From an uncultured Bacteroidota bacterium (GTDB taxonomy: Bacteria > Bacteroidota > Ignavibacteria > Ignavibacteriales > Ignavibacteriaceae), in contig CAWHTX010000013.1 of NCBI GenBank assembly GCA_963832355.1, positions 154,328 through 218,327 of the forward strand: DNA of 64,000 nt, written 5' to 3'. The stretch's first letter is position 1. Every line of letters begins with the position of its first letter. The notes under the pieces were generated by a model. That model worked only from the letters and a program-made list of their open reading frames with translations, was not told the origin of the DNA and made no database searches. Of this stretch, positions 12,326 through 21,951 are shown piece by piece. Position numbers and translations under genes: made by a program.

Positions 12326-12919
12326 ATGGATACGAAAAACACAAAGGAAGATTTGCAGAAAGCTCAGATATTAAACCTGGATGACGATTTTTCCCTTGTA
12401 AAAAGGTTTATAGAAGGCGATGAATCTGCATTCGCTGTGCTTGTTCAGAGGCATAAGGAAAAAGTGAGAAATATAATATATCTCACTATGAGCAGCTCCA
12501 ATTCTGTGGATGACATAGCACAGGATGTTTTTTTAACAGTTTACAGGAATCTGAATAATTTCAGATTCGAATCACAATTCACTACCTGGCTCTACAGGAT
12601 AACAGTGAATAAGTGCAAAGATTACATGAGAAAGATAAAAATCAGAAATATTTTTACACCCTTAAAAGAAGCTGAAGAAAAAACAGGTGATACAACGACT
12701 CCTGAAAGCAGCGATATCACGGGAATTGTGCAGAAAGCGATCGGGAAACTTCCCGAAAAATTGCGGGTCCCGCTTCTTTTAAAGGACATAGAGGGAATGA
12801 GTTACCAGGAAATCGCGGAAACGGTGCAGTGTGAGATAGGAACAGTGAAATCAAGGATCTTCAGAGCGAGGGAAGGATTAAGGAATATCCTTAAACCCTA
12901 TGAAGAGGAGTTGATGTAA
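12326..12919 (+). CDS. ECF (group 4) RNA polymerase sigma-70 factor
   Basis: 197 aa. Region 2 (DIAQDVFLTVYRNLNNFR...FTTWLYRITVN) and region 4 (LKDIEGMSYQEIAETVQCEIGTVKSRIFRAR) are recognisable. Confidence 0.92.
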   Translation: MDTKNTKEDLQKAQILNLDDDFSLVKRFIEGDESAFAVLVQRHKEKVRNIIYLTMSSSNSVDDIAQDVFLTVYRNLNNFRFESQFTTWLYRITVNKCKDYMRKIKIRNIFTPLKEAEEKTGDTTTPESSDITGIVQKAIGKLPEKLRVPLLLKDIEGMSYQEIAETVQCEIGTVKSRIFRAREGLRNILKPYEEELM

Positions 12920-14484
12920 TGAAAAATTATAATACTAAATATGAAATATTATCGGCCTACATCGACGGTGAATTATCAGCTGCCGAAGAAAAAAAATTAG
13001 AAGATAAGATAAGATTATCAAAAGAACTGCAGGAAAAACTTGAAGAATTAAGGAGAATTAAAAAGCTGACAGTGTCCGCGGTTAAGAGACTTCCGGAAGC
13101 CCCGTATTTTGAAACCAGGCTGGCCGCAAATCTTAATAATAAACGAAAAGGCTGGGATAAATTCCGCAGATGGATTCCGGCATTAAGTTTCTCAGCACTT
13201 GCAATAGTGCTTATGGTTTTTTTGAAATTCAATCCCGGTATAATCGATCGCCTGGTAGAAGAGCAGAAAACCAACCTGGCTGGTTTTTACCAGGAAAATC
13301 TAAAGCCGCTGTTTTATGCCTCCAACCTTTCGAACGAAGATGTATTTAACTTTGCTTTTACAAAACAGCTTCCACTCGATAAAACTAATGGTCAGTATCT
13401 GAAGCTGGGCTACGATCCGTCGGGTAAGGAATTCTTTGAAATAAAAACTGCAGAAAACGAAAGTCCTGCGGATAATTTAGAAAGATTTGCCTCTAAACTA
13501 AAACTAAACAGCAGACAGCGTCAGCAGGTTGACTCCATACTTGAATCATATGCGGAAGATCTGCAATCGCAGGTGCTTGTAAATGATAAGAATACTGTTG
13601 CCATTAATCCTAATCTATGGAATTACAATAAGGCTATCATTGCAGATATAATGTCTTTTGCACGCGATGCGAACAGGGAGGAATTCAATAAGATTGTACC
13701 GGCAGGATATTTCACACACGATAATCCTGATCTAAGAACAATTGTCAATAAGGTAAAAGACACCAGAGATAATAAATATATATTCTTTACCCCTGATACA
13801 ATTTTTACCGAGTCCTATGAATTCGATAAGAAAAAATTCAAAGATGAGATGGCAATAGCCAAAGAAGAGATGAAAAAGGGGATGGAAGAGGCTAAAAAAT
13901 CTATGCGGAATTTAAAGATCAACCTGAAGCTTGACAGCAGTCTGATCAGACTGAAGAACGACCCGGCCTGGGGAAAGAACTTCAAGGTGTACATAGATTC
14001 AAATATCTGCCGGGTTCAAATTTCAAAACTTGACATACCGGATACTCAACTGCCGGATTTTGACATTATCTCTGCCCAGGTTGAAGAAGCGATGAGGAAT
14101 ATTCCACCTATAATCATCGATATCCCGGGCGAAAAGGGTGTCAAGAGTTACTCTTTTGATTATGAATACAGCGATTCTTCGAAACAGCCGATCAGGGTTC
14201 GGATTCCGGATGTCGATTCTATCTTAAAAAGTATGGGACTTTTTCAAGGTGACTCGCTCATGTTCAACGGGAAAGGGACCCATGTCCTGCCTGACTCACT
14301 CGCATCCATTTTCAGGATATTCGACGATTCCCTTATGAACTTCAATAAAGGTGAATTTAAGGAGCAGATGAAGCAGCTCCAGAAAGAGATGGAAAAGATG
14401 AAAGAAGAAATGAAAAAGCTCAGAATAGAGATTCACCAGGACACTATCAAAAAAGAGAAAACCGATTCGGGGGTGGAACTTTAA
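12919..14484 (+). CDS. Putative membrane-spanning anti-sigma factor with a large extracytoplasmic domain
   Basis: 521 aa. TAATG start/stop overlap with the sigma gene. N-terminal LSAYIDGELSAAEEKKLE is an anti-sigma-like helix. One TM (IPALSFSALAIVLMVFL) and a K/E-rich coiled C-terminus. Confidence 0.6.
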   Translation: MKNYNTKYEILSAYIDGELSAAEEKKLEDKIRLSKELQEKLEELRRIKKLTVSAVKRLPEAPYFETRLAANLNNKRKGWDKFRRWIPALSFSALAIVLMVFLKFNPGIIDRLVEEQKTNLAGFYQENLKPLFYASNLSNEDVFNFAFTKQLPLDKTNGQYLKLGYDPSGKEFFEIKTAENESPADNLERFASKLKLNSRQRQQVDSILESYAEDLQSQVLVNDKNTVAINPNLWNYNKAIIADIMSFARDANREEFNKIVPAGYFTHDNPDLRTIVNKVKDTRDNKYIFFTPDTIFTESYEFDKKKFKDEMAIAKEEMKKGMEEAKKSMRNLKINLKLDSSLIRLKNDPAWGKNFKVYIDSNICRVQISKLDIPDTQLPDFDIISAQVEEAMRNIPPIIIDIPGEKGVKSYSFDYEYSDSSKQPIRVRIPDVDSILKSMGLFQGDSLMFNGKGTHVLPDSLASIFRIFDDSLMNFNKGEFKEQMKQLQKEMEKMKEEMKKLRIEIHQDTIKKEKTDSGVEL

Positions 14485-14817
14485 TAAAAACGACTATTTT
14501 AGGGGTTTTACGGGCTAATTTTATCTCGAAATAACCTGTTCTATCATACATTTCACCCGTTCATAATTCTTTTCTTTACAAAATGAAGTAATTCCTTTAA
14601 TTTGATCACAGAATAAGGTAGTAAAGCGTCTTTGAATGGACAAATTATAGTATTATTTTACGCTGAAAAATTAACTAAAAAAGAATATGGATTCTGTAGT
14701 TCTCACACATAACCTGAAGTTCCGGCTGTTTATGGGATTTGCGGTAGTACTATTCTTTTTAAACTCTTCATTCCAGCAAATGATTCAGCAGGATATGTCG
14801 TTGTTAATGAATTCCTG

Positions 14818-16788
14818 GTGGCACTTACCGTTATTTCCCTGATAGTATACCTGATCGAATTGATGGGCTATAAAAAAATCAACCCGATCTCAATGGTAAT
14901 GAACGTGGGTATACTGAATGCGATAATATTTTTTATGATCAGTTTTTCTGGTTCAATACTGAACCTGTTCTTTGATAATCTCCAGGAACAATCGAGTCTG
15001 ATGTTCAGGATCATAAGTTTCTTTTATGTATTCCTTATCCTCAGTTTCCTGGCTTATATTTTTCTCACTTTCAGGGAATTATTTTTCCTAAAACAGAACA
15101 GGAACCTGAATACATATTTTAATACAATGGTGGTTTTCTTTATCCTGGCTTCGCTGTCATCGGCATTTGATAAAATTCCCGATCTTTCATTCATAAAAAA
15201 CACCTTCTTTATCATTTCGATCCTGCTCATAGCGATTAACTCAGTAAGGATCTCATGGATAGCTTTTCTTCAGAAAAAAGAGAAAGTATACCTGCTGATA
15301 ATATCGGTGGTTATAGCCGTACTGTTTATTGTGAACCTTGTGAACAGCAGCGGCGAGAATATCCACTATCATATGCTGGCTGCATTTTCACCTTCGCTGG
15401 CTCAGTTCCTGAATATACTGATGATTTACGGGGCTATTTATTTCAGCGTATTGTTTTTTACCACTTTATTTCATATTCCGACTGCCGAGGCCTATGACAG
15501 GAAAGCCCAGGAAGTTTCATCTCTTCAGTATTTCAGCAAACTTATTACAGAAGTACTGGATTTTAATGATCTTGCGGAGACAGTAACGGATATAGCTACA
15601 AAAGTATGTAATGCCGATGCGGCCTGGATCTTGTGGAACGAGGAAAAAGAGTTTACAACCATCGCACATAAAAATGTCGGATACCTTGAGGCACGGGAAC
15701 TTTCAAACTATATTTATAAAAAAATAAAAAAGAAATCCCTCAGCGGGGCGGAAATATATTCACTTGATAGATTTGAAAGGCTGTCTCAAACAGGCGACAG
15801 GTATCTGAGTGCCGCGGTGTCACCGTTGAAGATTCACAATGAGGTTAAGGGGTATCTCGTCGTTGCCAGGAAGAACAGTTCCATATTTAATGACGAGGAT
15901 ATTAATGCAATTAATACCTTTGCAGATTATGCAACGGTTGCGATTGATAATTCGAGACTCCTTGAAGAATCAATTGAAAAAGAAAGACTTGAAAAGGAAC
16001 TTGATGTAGCACGCGAAGTGCAGCGAAAAATTCTTCCCTCGAAACACCCTGCTTATAAGGGTCTGGAAATATCAAGTGTTTTTATCCCGGCATTCGAGGT
16101 CGGGGGTGATTACTATGATTTCTTTGAAATAAATGAGAACAAGCTTGGATTTGTAATTGCGGATGTTTCGGGGAAAGGGATTTCGGCAGCATTTATTATG
16201 GCTGAGGTTAAAGGAATATTTGAATCCCTTTCCAGGACGATGACAAAACCAAAGGATATTTTGATCAGTGCGAATATGATTCTTAAACGTACTCTTGACA
16301 GAAGCAGTTTTGTAAGCGCCGCTTACGGTATAATTGACAGGGAGAAAGAAACACTCAGTATTTCCAGGGCGGGACATTGTCCCATAATACTGGTTCGCAA
16401 CGGAGTTGCTGAGACACTTCGTCCTTCAGGTATCGGCCTGGGTTTGAATTTCACCGAACATTTTGATAATTCACTGGACGAAACTAAAATAAACCTGGAT
16501 GACGATGACCTGATTGTGCTTTACACGGACGGCATCACTGAGGCAAAAAATACTGAACTTGACGATTTCGGACTGAACAAGTTTGAAGAAATTTTAATTA
16601 AAAATGCAAAATCCACACCCGATGAAATAGCTAACAAAGTCATCAGGGAAGTCACGGTCTTTTCACAGAGTCATTCACAGTACGACGATATAACTCTGGT
16701 AATATTTAAGTGGAATTCGAAAATTAAATCAGATGGAGAAACAGAATGGCAGAATTCAGCACTACCATTAAAGATAAAGGAAATGTAA
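14818..16788 (+). CDS. Multi-TM plus GAF plus SpoIIE/PP2C serine phosphatase (RsbU-like)
   Basis: 656 aa with a GTG start. About 7 hydrophobic segments sit at the N-terminus. PP2C motifs are GGDYYDFF, IADVSGKGISAA, GHCP, LYTDGITEA and DDITLVIF. The true N-terminus is uncertain (see findings). Confidence 0.85.
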   Translation: MALTVISLIVYLIELMGYKKINPISMVMNVGILNAIIFFMISFSGSILNLFFDNLQEQSSLMFRIISFFYVFLILSFLAYIFLTFRELFFLKQNRNLNTYFNTMVVFFILASLSSAFDKIPDLSFIKNTFFIISILLIAINSVRISWIAFLQKKEKVYLLIISVVIAVLFIVNLVNSSGENIHYHMLAAFSPSLAQFLNILMIYGAIYFSVLFFTTLFHIPTAEAYDRKAQEVSSLQYFSKLITEVLDFNDLAETVTDIATKVCNADAAWILWNEEKEFTTIAHKNVGYLEARELSNYIYKKIKKKSLSGAEIYSLDRFERLSQTGDRYLSAAVSPLKIHNEVKGYLVVARKNSSIFNDEDINAINTFADYATVAIDNSRLLEESIEKERLEKELDVAREVQRKILPSKHPAYKGLEISSVFIPAFEVGGDYYDFFEINENKLGFVIADVSGKGISAAFIMAEVKGIFESLSRTMTKPKDILISANMILKRTLDRSSFVSAAYGIIDREKETLSISRAGHCPIILVRNGVAETLRPSGIGLGLNFTEHFDNSLDETKINLDDDDLIVLYTDGITEAKNTELDDFGLNKFEEILIKNAKSTPDEIANKVIREVTVFSQSHSQYDDITLVIFKWNSKIKSDGETEWQNSALPLKIKEM

Positions 16789-17117
16789 GCGTAATATACC
16801 TTAACGGATATCTTGATGCACATACAGCTCCTCAGCTTGAAAATAATTTTTCGGAGCTGATTGATAAAAGTAAGTACAATATAGTTGTCAATTTTGAGGA
16901 TCTGAATTATATCAGTAGTGCCGGATTGGGTGTCTTCATGGCATATATTGAAAAGATCCGCGAAAATGACGGAGATATAAAACTGTCATCTATGAGTGAT
17001 AAAGTATATAATATATTCGATCTCCTCGGCTTTCCTTTGTTGTATGAGATCTTCAAATCAGAAGATGAGGCCGTAAAAAAATTCAAAGAGACCGGGAACG
17101 TTGAAGACAAAAAATAA
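16746..17117 (+). CDS. STAS-domain anti-sigma-factor antagonist (RsbV/SpoIIAA-like)
   Basis: 123 aa. FEDLNYISSAGLGVF is the STAS motif. SD ggag lies 7 nt upstream of the ATG. The gene starts 43 nt inside the preceding phosphatase gene. Confidence 0.9.
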   Translation: MAEFSTTIKDKGNVSVIYLNGYLDAHTAPQLENNFSELIDKSKYNIVVNFEDLNYISSAGLGVFMAYIEKIRENDGDIKLSSMSDKVYNIFDLLGFPLLYEIFKSEDEAVKKFKETGNVEDKK

Positions 17118-17550
17118 AATAGATAAAAAGCTTAAAATTTTCAGCAAGACGGAAAATCTTTCCATTGTGCGTGATTTTATTCAATCTGCTGCAGAGCAGG
17201 TTGGGATGAAACCAGGCATAACCGAGGATGTAATGCTTGCTGTGGATGAGGCGTGTACCAATATTATTAAACATGCTTATAAATCTCATCCTGACGGCGA
17301 AATTCTGGTAAAGCTGAAGTACTCTGATCATAAGCTTACGATAATAATAACTGACTATGGAAAATCATTTCATCCTGAAAATGTTCCTGACCCTGATTTG
17401 CAGAAGTACTACAGGCAGCACAGGGTCGGTGGCCTCGGAATGTACCTGATGAAAACTTTGATGGATGAGGTGAGATATAATTCCATTCCGGGAAAGTACA
17501 ACGAAGTCTGTCTAACAAAGTATTTAAATAATACCCAGCAGCATGGATGA
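17101..17550 (+). CDS. Anti-sigma regulatory factor / STAS serine kinase (RsbW/SpoIIAB-like, HATPase_c)
   Basis: 149 aa with a TTG start. AVDEACTNIIKHAY is the N-box and GGLGMYLM the G-box. Confidence 0.85.
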   Translation: MKTKNKIDKKLKIFSKTENLSIVRDFIQSAAEQVGMKPGITEDVMLAVDEACTNIIKHAYKSHPDGEILVKLKYSDHKLTIIITDYGKSFHPENVPDPDLQKYYRQHRVGGLGMYLMKTLMDEVRYNSIPGKYNEVCLTKYLNNTQQHG

Positions 17551-19222
17551 TACCGAAAATATTAAAATAAGAAGAAACCTTACAGCCCTTGTAGAATTCA
17601 GCCGCATTATAAATTCCAGCACAGATCTTGACTTCATTATAAACAATATCCTTCTTACATGTATGGGAAAATTCCTTTCAACAAAAGGATTGTTTGCCCT
17701 CAATGCCAATGGTAAGCTCAAAATCCATTCTTCCAAGGGAATATCAAAAGAAATCCTGGAAAAACTTTCTGATTCCAAAAAAGTTGAGAAATTATTTGAG
17801 GATGGGGATTACAAATCTTACGCTGGACTCGGTGATCTATGCGTCTCCGAAAAGGTAATGTCTTCTGATAAAGTCCTCGGGGTGATGTGTCTGGGCGAAA
17901 AACTGAATAAAACCAGGTATTCTGAAGATGACCGGGAATTCCTCAGGACGATTTTAAATATATCCTCCACTGCAATCCAGAATTCGATTGTGATAAATGA
18001 GCTTAAGAGGGTCAACCGTATTCTTGATTCAAGACTTCACAGGCTTAATTCTCTTTTTGAATTAAGCAAAGAGTTTGCAATGTTCTCTGAATCATCCCGG
18101 GTGGCAAGACTGCTTGTTTATTCCGTGATAGGTCAGCTGTTTGTTTCGAAGTTTGCCGTTATTACTTACGAAGATAGCGGAGCTGAAATCCTTGAATCTA
18201 AGATGGATAATGAAAAACTTCTTGAAATTATAGCTGAAAACAAACTACAGCAACTGGAATCAGCTATAACGGGAGAAGGGATCACGCAAAAATATTCCGA
18301 ACTGGAAGAAATGGGAGTTGAGCTTGTTGTTCCAATGCAGATTCAGGGTGAAACCAAAGGACTCATTTTCCTCGGAAGGCGGATAAATAAACAAAACTAT
18401 TCCGAAGCTGATATTGAGTATGTTTATTCTGTCGGGAGTCTCGCAATTATTTCGCTGGAGAATAAACGGCTGTTTCTTCAGGAACTTGAAAAGAAGAAAC
18501 TTGAAGATGAACTGGATATAGCCCGTGATATTCAAAAAAATCTGCTTCCGCATTCGATTCCTGAATTTAAAAATTTTGCAATATCTGCTATCAATGTATC
18601 TTCCCGCCAGGTAGGCGGCGATTATTACGACCTCATCAGGCTTGATGAAAATAATGTGTGTATCGCAATCGCCGATGTTTCGGGGAAAGGAGTACCTGCC
18701 GCCCTGCTTATGGCTAACCTGCAGGCTTTCCTGAAAACTATTGTAAGACATGGAATGGCCCTTGATGAGGCTACCGCACTCATAAATGATCTTGTAAGTG
18801 AAAATACTTCGGACGGTAAGTTCATTACTTTCTTCTGGGGTATACTTGATGATGACGGTAAAAAGCTCACTTATGTTAATGCGGGACATAACCCGCCTCT
18901 GCTGATAAGAAAAAACAAAATTATTAAACTCACCTGGGGAGGAATAATTCTCGGTGTGATGAAAACAGTAACTCCTTATGAATACCAGGAGATTGATCTT
19001 GAGAAGGATGACGTAATTATTATGTTTACAGACGGTGTATCTGAAGCAATGAATAAAGAAGGCGAGGAGTTTTCTGATGAAAGACTTGAAGAAATTGCCA
19101 GAAAAACTACCCATCTATCTTCTGCGGATATACTTAATGAAATCAGGCAGGAAGTACTGGGTTTTGCATCCGGTACTGTTCAGTCAGATGATATTACTAT
19201 TATGGTGATAAAAGTAAAATAA
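17543..19222 (+). CDS. Cytoplasmic GAF-GAF-SpoIIE/PP2C phosphatase
   Basis: 559 aa with no TM segment. PP2C motifs are GGDYYDLI, IADVSGKGVPAA, NAGHNPPLL, MFTDGVSEA and DDITIMVIKVK. An ATGGATGA overlap links it to the kinase gene. Confidence 0.9.
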   Translation: MDDTENIKIRRNLTALVEFSRIINSSTDLDFIINNILLTCMGKFLSTKGLFALNANGKLKIHSSKGISKEILEKLSDSKKVEKLFEDGDYKSYAGLGDLCVSEKVMSSDKVLGVMCLGEKLNKTRYSEDDREFLRTILNISSTAIQNSIVINELKRVNRILDSRLHRLNSLFELSKEFAMFSESSRVARLLVYSVIGQLFVSKFAVITYEDSGAEILESKMDNEKLLEIIAENKLQQLESAITGEGITQKYSELEEMGVELVVPMQIQGETKGLIFLGRRINKQNYSEADIEYVYSVGSLAIISLENKRLFLQELEKKKLEDELDIARDIQKNLLPHSIPEFKNFAISAINVSSRQVGGDYYDLIRLDENNVCIAIADVSGKGVPAALLMANLQAFLKTIVRHGMALDEATALINDLVSENTSDGKFITFFWGILDDDGKKLTYVNAGHNPPLLIRKNKIIKLTWGGIILGVMKTVTPYEYQEIDLEKDDVIIMFTDGVSEAMNKEGEEFSDERLEEIARKTTHLSSADILNEIRQEVLGFASGTVQSDDITIMVIKVK

Positions 19223-19279
19223 TTAGTTATTTTTTAGAAAACTTATTCCCTTTTTTAACAACAAAGATATAATAAATCT

Positions 19280-21874
19280 GTGGATCCGGTAAAAAAATAT
19301 TTAACCAGGTACAGGTCAAAGATAATTATTCTGATGAGTCTTCTTCTCATTCTTCTGGCCCTGGGTAATATTTTTCTAATCTCTACAGTTAATCCTGTCT
19401 CAAATGATGAATGTCTCTGGTATCCGGTTAAGGGGGGTGATTCTCTGGCTATCAGGTTTGAGAACGTCAAAATCAACGGGGTAACCTGGAATGCAGGTAT
19501 ACGCGACGGAGATTATCTGATTTCAATTAATGGAAAAAGGATCAATGCGCCTCTTCAGGCGCAGGATATACTTAACAAAGTTGATGCAGGGGACTATGCT
19601 ACTTATACTGTAAAAAAGAAAAACGGTGAACTTTTTGAAACAAAGGTTTACATTAAAAAGCTTATTAATTTCTCTCAGCTGGGCATTGCTCTCCTGGGAT
19701 TTTTCTGGCAGCTTATTGCTTTCATAGTGCTGATGGCAAAGCCTGAGGGAAGAGTACAGAGAGTATTTTACGCCGTCGGTGCTACTTTAATTTTGACGTT
19801 GTTATTCAATTATCAGACCCTCCCCTTTGTAATGGGAATATTTCCACTTGTCCTTCTGATTGATTTTCTAAATGCCGGAGGATTGATATTCGGACCTTTT
19901 CTTATCCTTCACTTTTTCTGGATATTCCCGCACGAATATAATTTTGCTAAAAAGAAATTTGTCATCTATACTCTTTACCTTCTGCCTGCTGTACTTTTGA
20001 TCGGTGTGATTATTTTCCGGTTTTTGTTCGTATATGATATGCCTAACAGAAGTATGCATTATGAAAATTTTTATACTATTACGAATATTGCACTCGGTGT
20101 AGCTCTCCTTTCCGGGTTTATCTCGCTGCTAATAAATTATTTCCGGTTAAAAACAGCAGCAGAGCGAAAACCTCTTTCCATCATTCTTATTTCATATTTA
20201 CTTGCGATCCTTGTGATTATATACAGTATATTCGTTGCACCTGCAATTACCGATACGGTATATAACTCACCTGAATTCTATATGCCGATTATCGTTCTTT
20301 TTATTCTTCCTGTCTCATTCGGCTATTCTATTTTCAGATACCAGTTGATGGATGTAAGTGTTGTCGTTAAAAACACAATTATCTACGGAGCGGCTACAAT
20401 AAGCATTGCTGCAGTTTATTTCCTGGTGATCTACCTTCTCGGTCAGATTATAAGCACAGCTATAGGTACTGAGTATAAAGGGGTAATCGCAGGAATAATT
20501 TTTATCATATTTGCACTTATCTTTCAGTCAACTAAAGATAAATTTCAGGATTTCCTTACCGAAAAATTTTATCCGGAACAGTTCGCATATCAGAAGGTAC
20601 TGGTAGGCTTCAGTAATAATATCACAACAGTTGTAGGACTGGAAAACATTCTCGATACCATAACCACAACCTTCGCTGATTCACTAAAGATAAATACTTT
20701 CGGAATTATGGTATATAACCATAAAGAAGGAGAATTTACGCTGGTCCGAAGCATGGGAGTAGAAAAAAAGAATTTAAAGATTCCGGCAGTTAACGTTCAA
20801 AAGATAATCACAGAAAAACATTCGATTACCAAAACCCCGATTATCGAAGAAGAGGACCTTCAGCGGGTCTTTCCTGTAGGATATAAGATGCTTCTGGATG
20901 CTGGTGTTTACACTATCATACCTATGATCATAAAAGAAAAGCTCGTGGGATTAATGCTGATCGGATTAAAACATTCCGGAGCTAAATTTGCGGGAAAGGA
21001 CCTTGAGCTGCTGTATGCGGTAGCAAATCAGTCGGCTATTGCAGTTGAAAATGCAAGGTTGTATAAATCTGAAGCTGAAAAAATTAAAATTGAAAGAGAT
21101 CTTGACCTTGCGAGGAAAATTCAGCAGAGCCTTCTTCCTAAGAAAATCCCGGCTATTAAAGGACTTGATATTTCAGGTGAAATGATACCGGCTCAACAGG
21201 TGGGGGGTGACTATTTTGATCTTATCCCGGTAGGCAGCGATAAGTTATTTGTAGTTGTCGGGGATGTCTCCGGCAAGGGATTATCGGCTTCACTTTATAT
21301 GACTAAACTGCAGACAATGATTGAATCTGCCTGCAGACCCGGCAGAGAACCCAGGGATATTCTAATTGAAATTAATAGAAGAATTTATCAGTCTATGGAA
21401 CGGAACTGGTTCGTTACAATGACTCTGGCCCTGTTTGATATGCAGAAGAACAAGGTGAATTTTTGCAGGGCAGGACATATGCCTGTATTCGCAGCAAAGA
21501 ATGGAATGATTAATAAATACAGAACCATAGGACTGGGAATAGGTCTTGAGAAAGGAAATATATTCGATAAGACTTTATGTGAAGAAGAGGTTCAGCTTAA
21601 TCCCGATCAGGTATTCGCATTTTTTTCCGACGGAGTGACGGAAGCAATGAATGAACAAATGGACCTTTTCGGTGAGGATAACCTTTCTAAACTGCTTGTT
21701 AATATGACTGCATTCAACAGTCAGGAGATTCTTCACGATATATGGAAGAGCATAAGTGTCCACAGAGGCTCCGCCGAAGTAAATGACGATATGACAATGG
21801 TTCTGGTGAAAGTAAAATCCTTAGCCCACCCTCATTATTCTCAAAATGAGAGCTCCCCTTCTAAAATCCTCTAA
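19280..21874 (+). CDS. PDZ plus multi-TM plus GAF plus SpoIIE/PP2C phosphatase
   Basis: 864 aa. The GTG start is uncertain and an ATG at 19334 is the alternative. PDZ-like NAGIRDGDYLISINGKRI, about 9 hydrophobic segments, then GGDYFDLI, VGDVSGKGLSAS, RAGHMP, FSDGVTEA and DDMTMVLVKV. Confidence 0.85.
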   Translation: MDPVKKYLTRYRSKIIILMSLLLILLALGNIFLISTVNPVSNDECLWYPVKGGDSLAIRFENVKINGVTWNAGIRDGDYLISINGKRINAPLQAQDILNKVDAGDYATYTVKKKNGELFETKVYIKKLINFSQLGIALLGFFWQLIAFIVLMAKPEGRVQRVFYAVGATLILTLLFNYQTLPFVMGIFPLVLLIDFLNAGGLIFGPFLILHFFWIFPHEYNFAKKKFVIYTLYLLPAVLLIGVIIFRFLFVYDMPNRSMHYENFYTITNIALGVALLSGFISLLINYFRLKTAAERKPLSIILISYLLAILVIIYSIFVAPAITDTVYNSPEFYMPIIVLFILPVSFGYSIFRYQLMDVSVVVKNTIIYGAATISIAAVYFLVIYLLGQIISTAIGTEYKGVIAGIIFIIFALIFQSTKDKFQDFLTEKFYPEQFAYQKVLVGFSNNITTVVGLENILDTITTTFADSLKINTFGIMVYNHKEGEFTLVRSMGVEKKNLKIPAVNVQKIITEKHSITKTPIIEEEDLQRVFPVGYKMLLDAGVYTIIPMIIKEKLVGLMLIGLKHSGAKFAGKDLELLYAVANQSAIAVENARLYKSEAEKIKIERDLDLARKIQQSLLPKKIPAIKGLDISGEMIPAQQVGGDYFDLIPVGSDKLFVVVGDVSGKGLSASLYMTKLQTMIESACRPGREPRDILIEINRRIYQSMERNWFVTMTLALFDMQKNKVNFCRAGHMPVFAAKNGMINKYRTIGLGIGLEKGNIFDKTLCEEEVQLNPDQVFAFFSDGVTEAMNEQMDLFGEDNLSKLLVNMTAFNSQEILHDIWKSISVHRGSAEVNDDMTMVLVKVKSLAHPHYSQNESSPSKIL

Positions 21875-21886
21875 TATATAATTTTT

Positions 21887-21902
21887 TGGTACGATTCTGG
21901 CA
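21887..21902 (+). promoter_or_regulatory. Sigma-54-like -24/-12 element candidate upstream of the hybrid kinase
   Basis: tggtacgattctggca was compared with TGGCACG-N4-TTGCW. GG and GC fall at the correct spacing, with 2 mismatches elsewhere. It lies about 50 nt upstream of the start codon. Confidence 0.3.
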
Positions 21903-21951
21903 CTAATTGTGTGTCTTATAGGGACAAAATGGAATTATCATAAGGAATTTG

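Noticed and set aside
18260-19114. 284-aa ORF antisense to the GAF-PP2C phosphatase gene. Similar long antisense ORFs lie at 31338-32012, 26468-26950, 29683-30180, 48316-48735 and 24912-25304.
   Set aside because: The translations are low-complexity (Ser/Phe/Ile/Asn-rich) with no recognisable motifs. Each lies fully inside a confidently identified gene on the other strand, so these are shadow ORFs.
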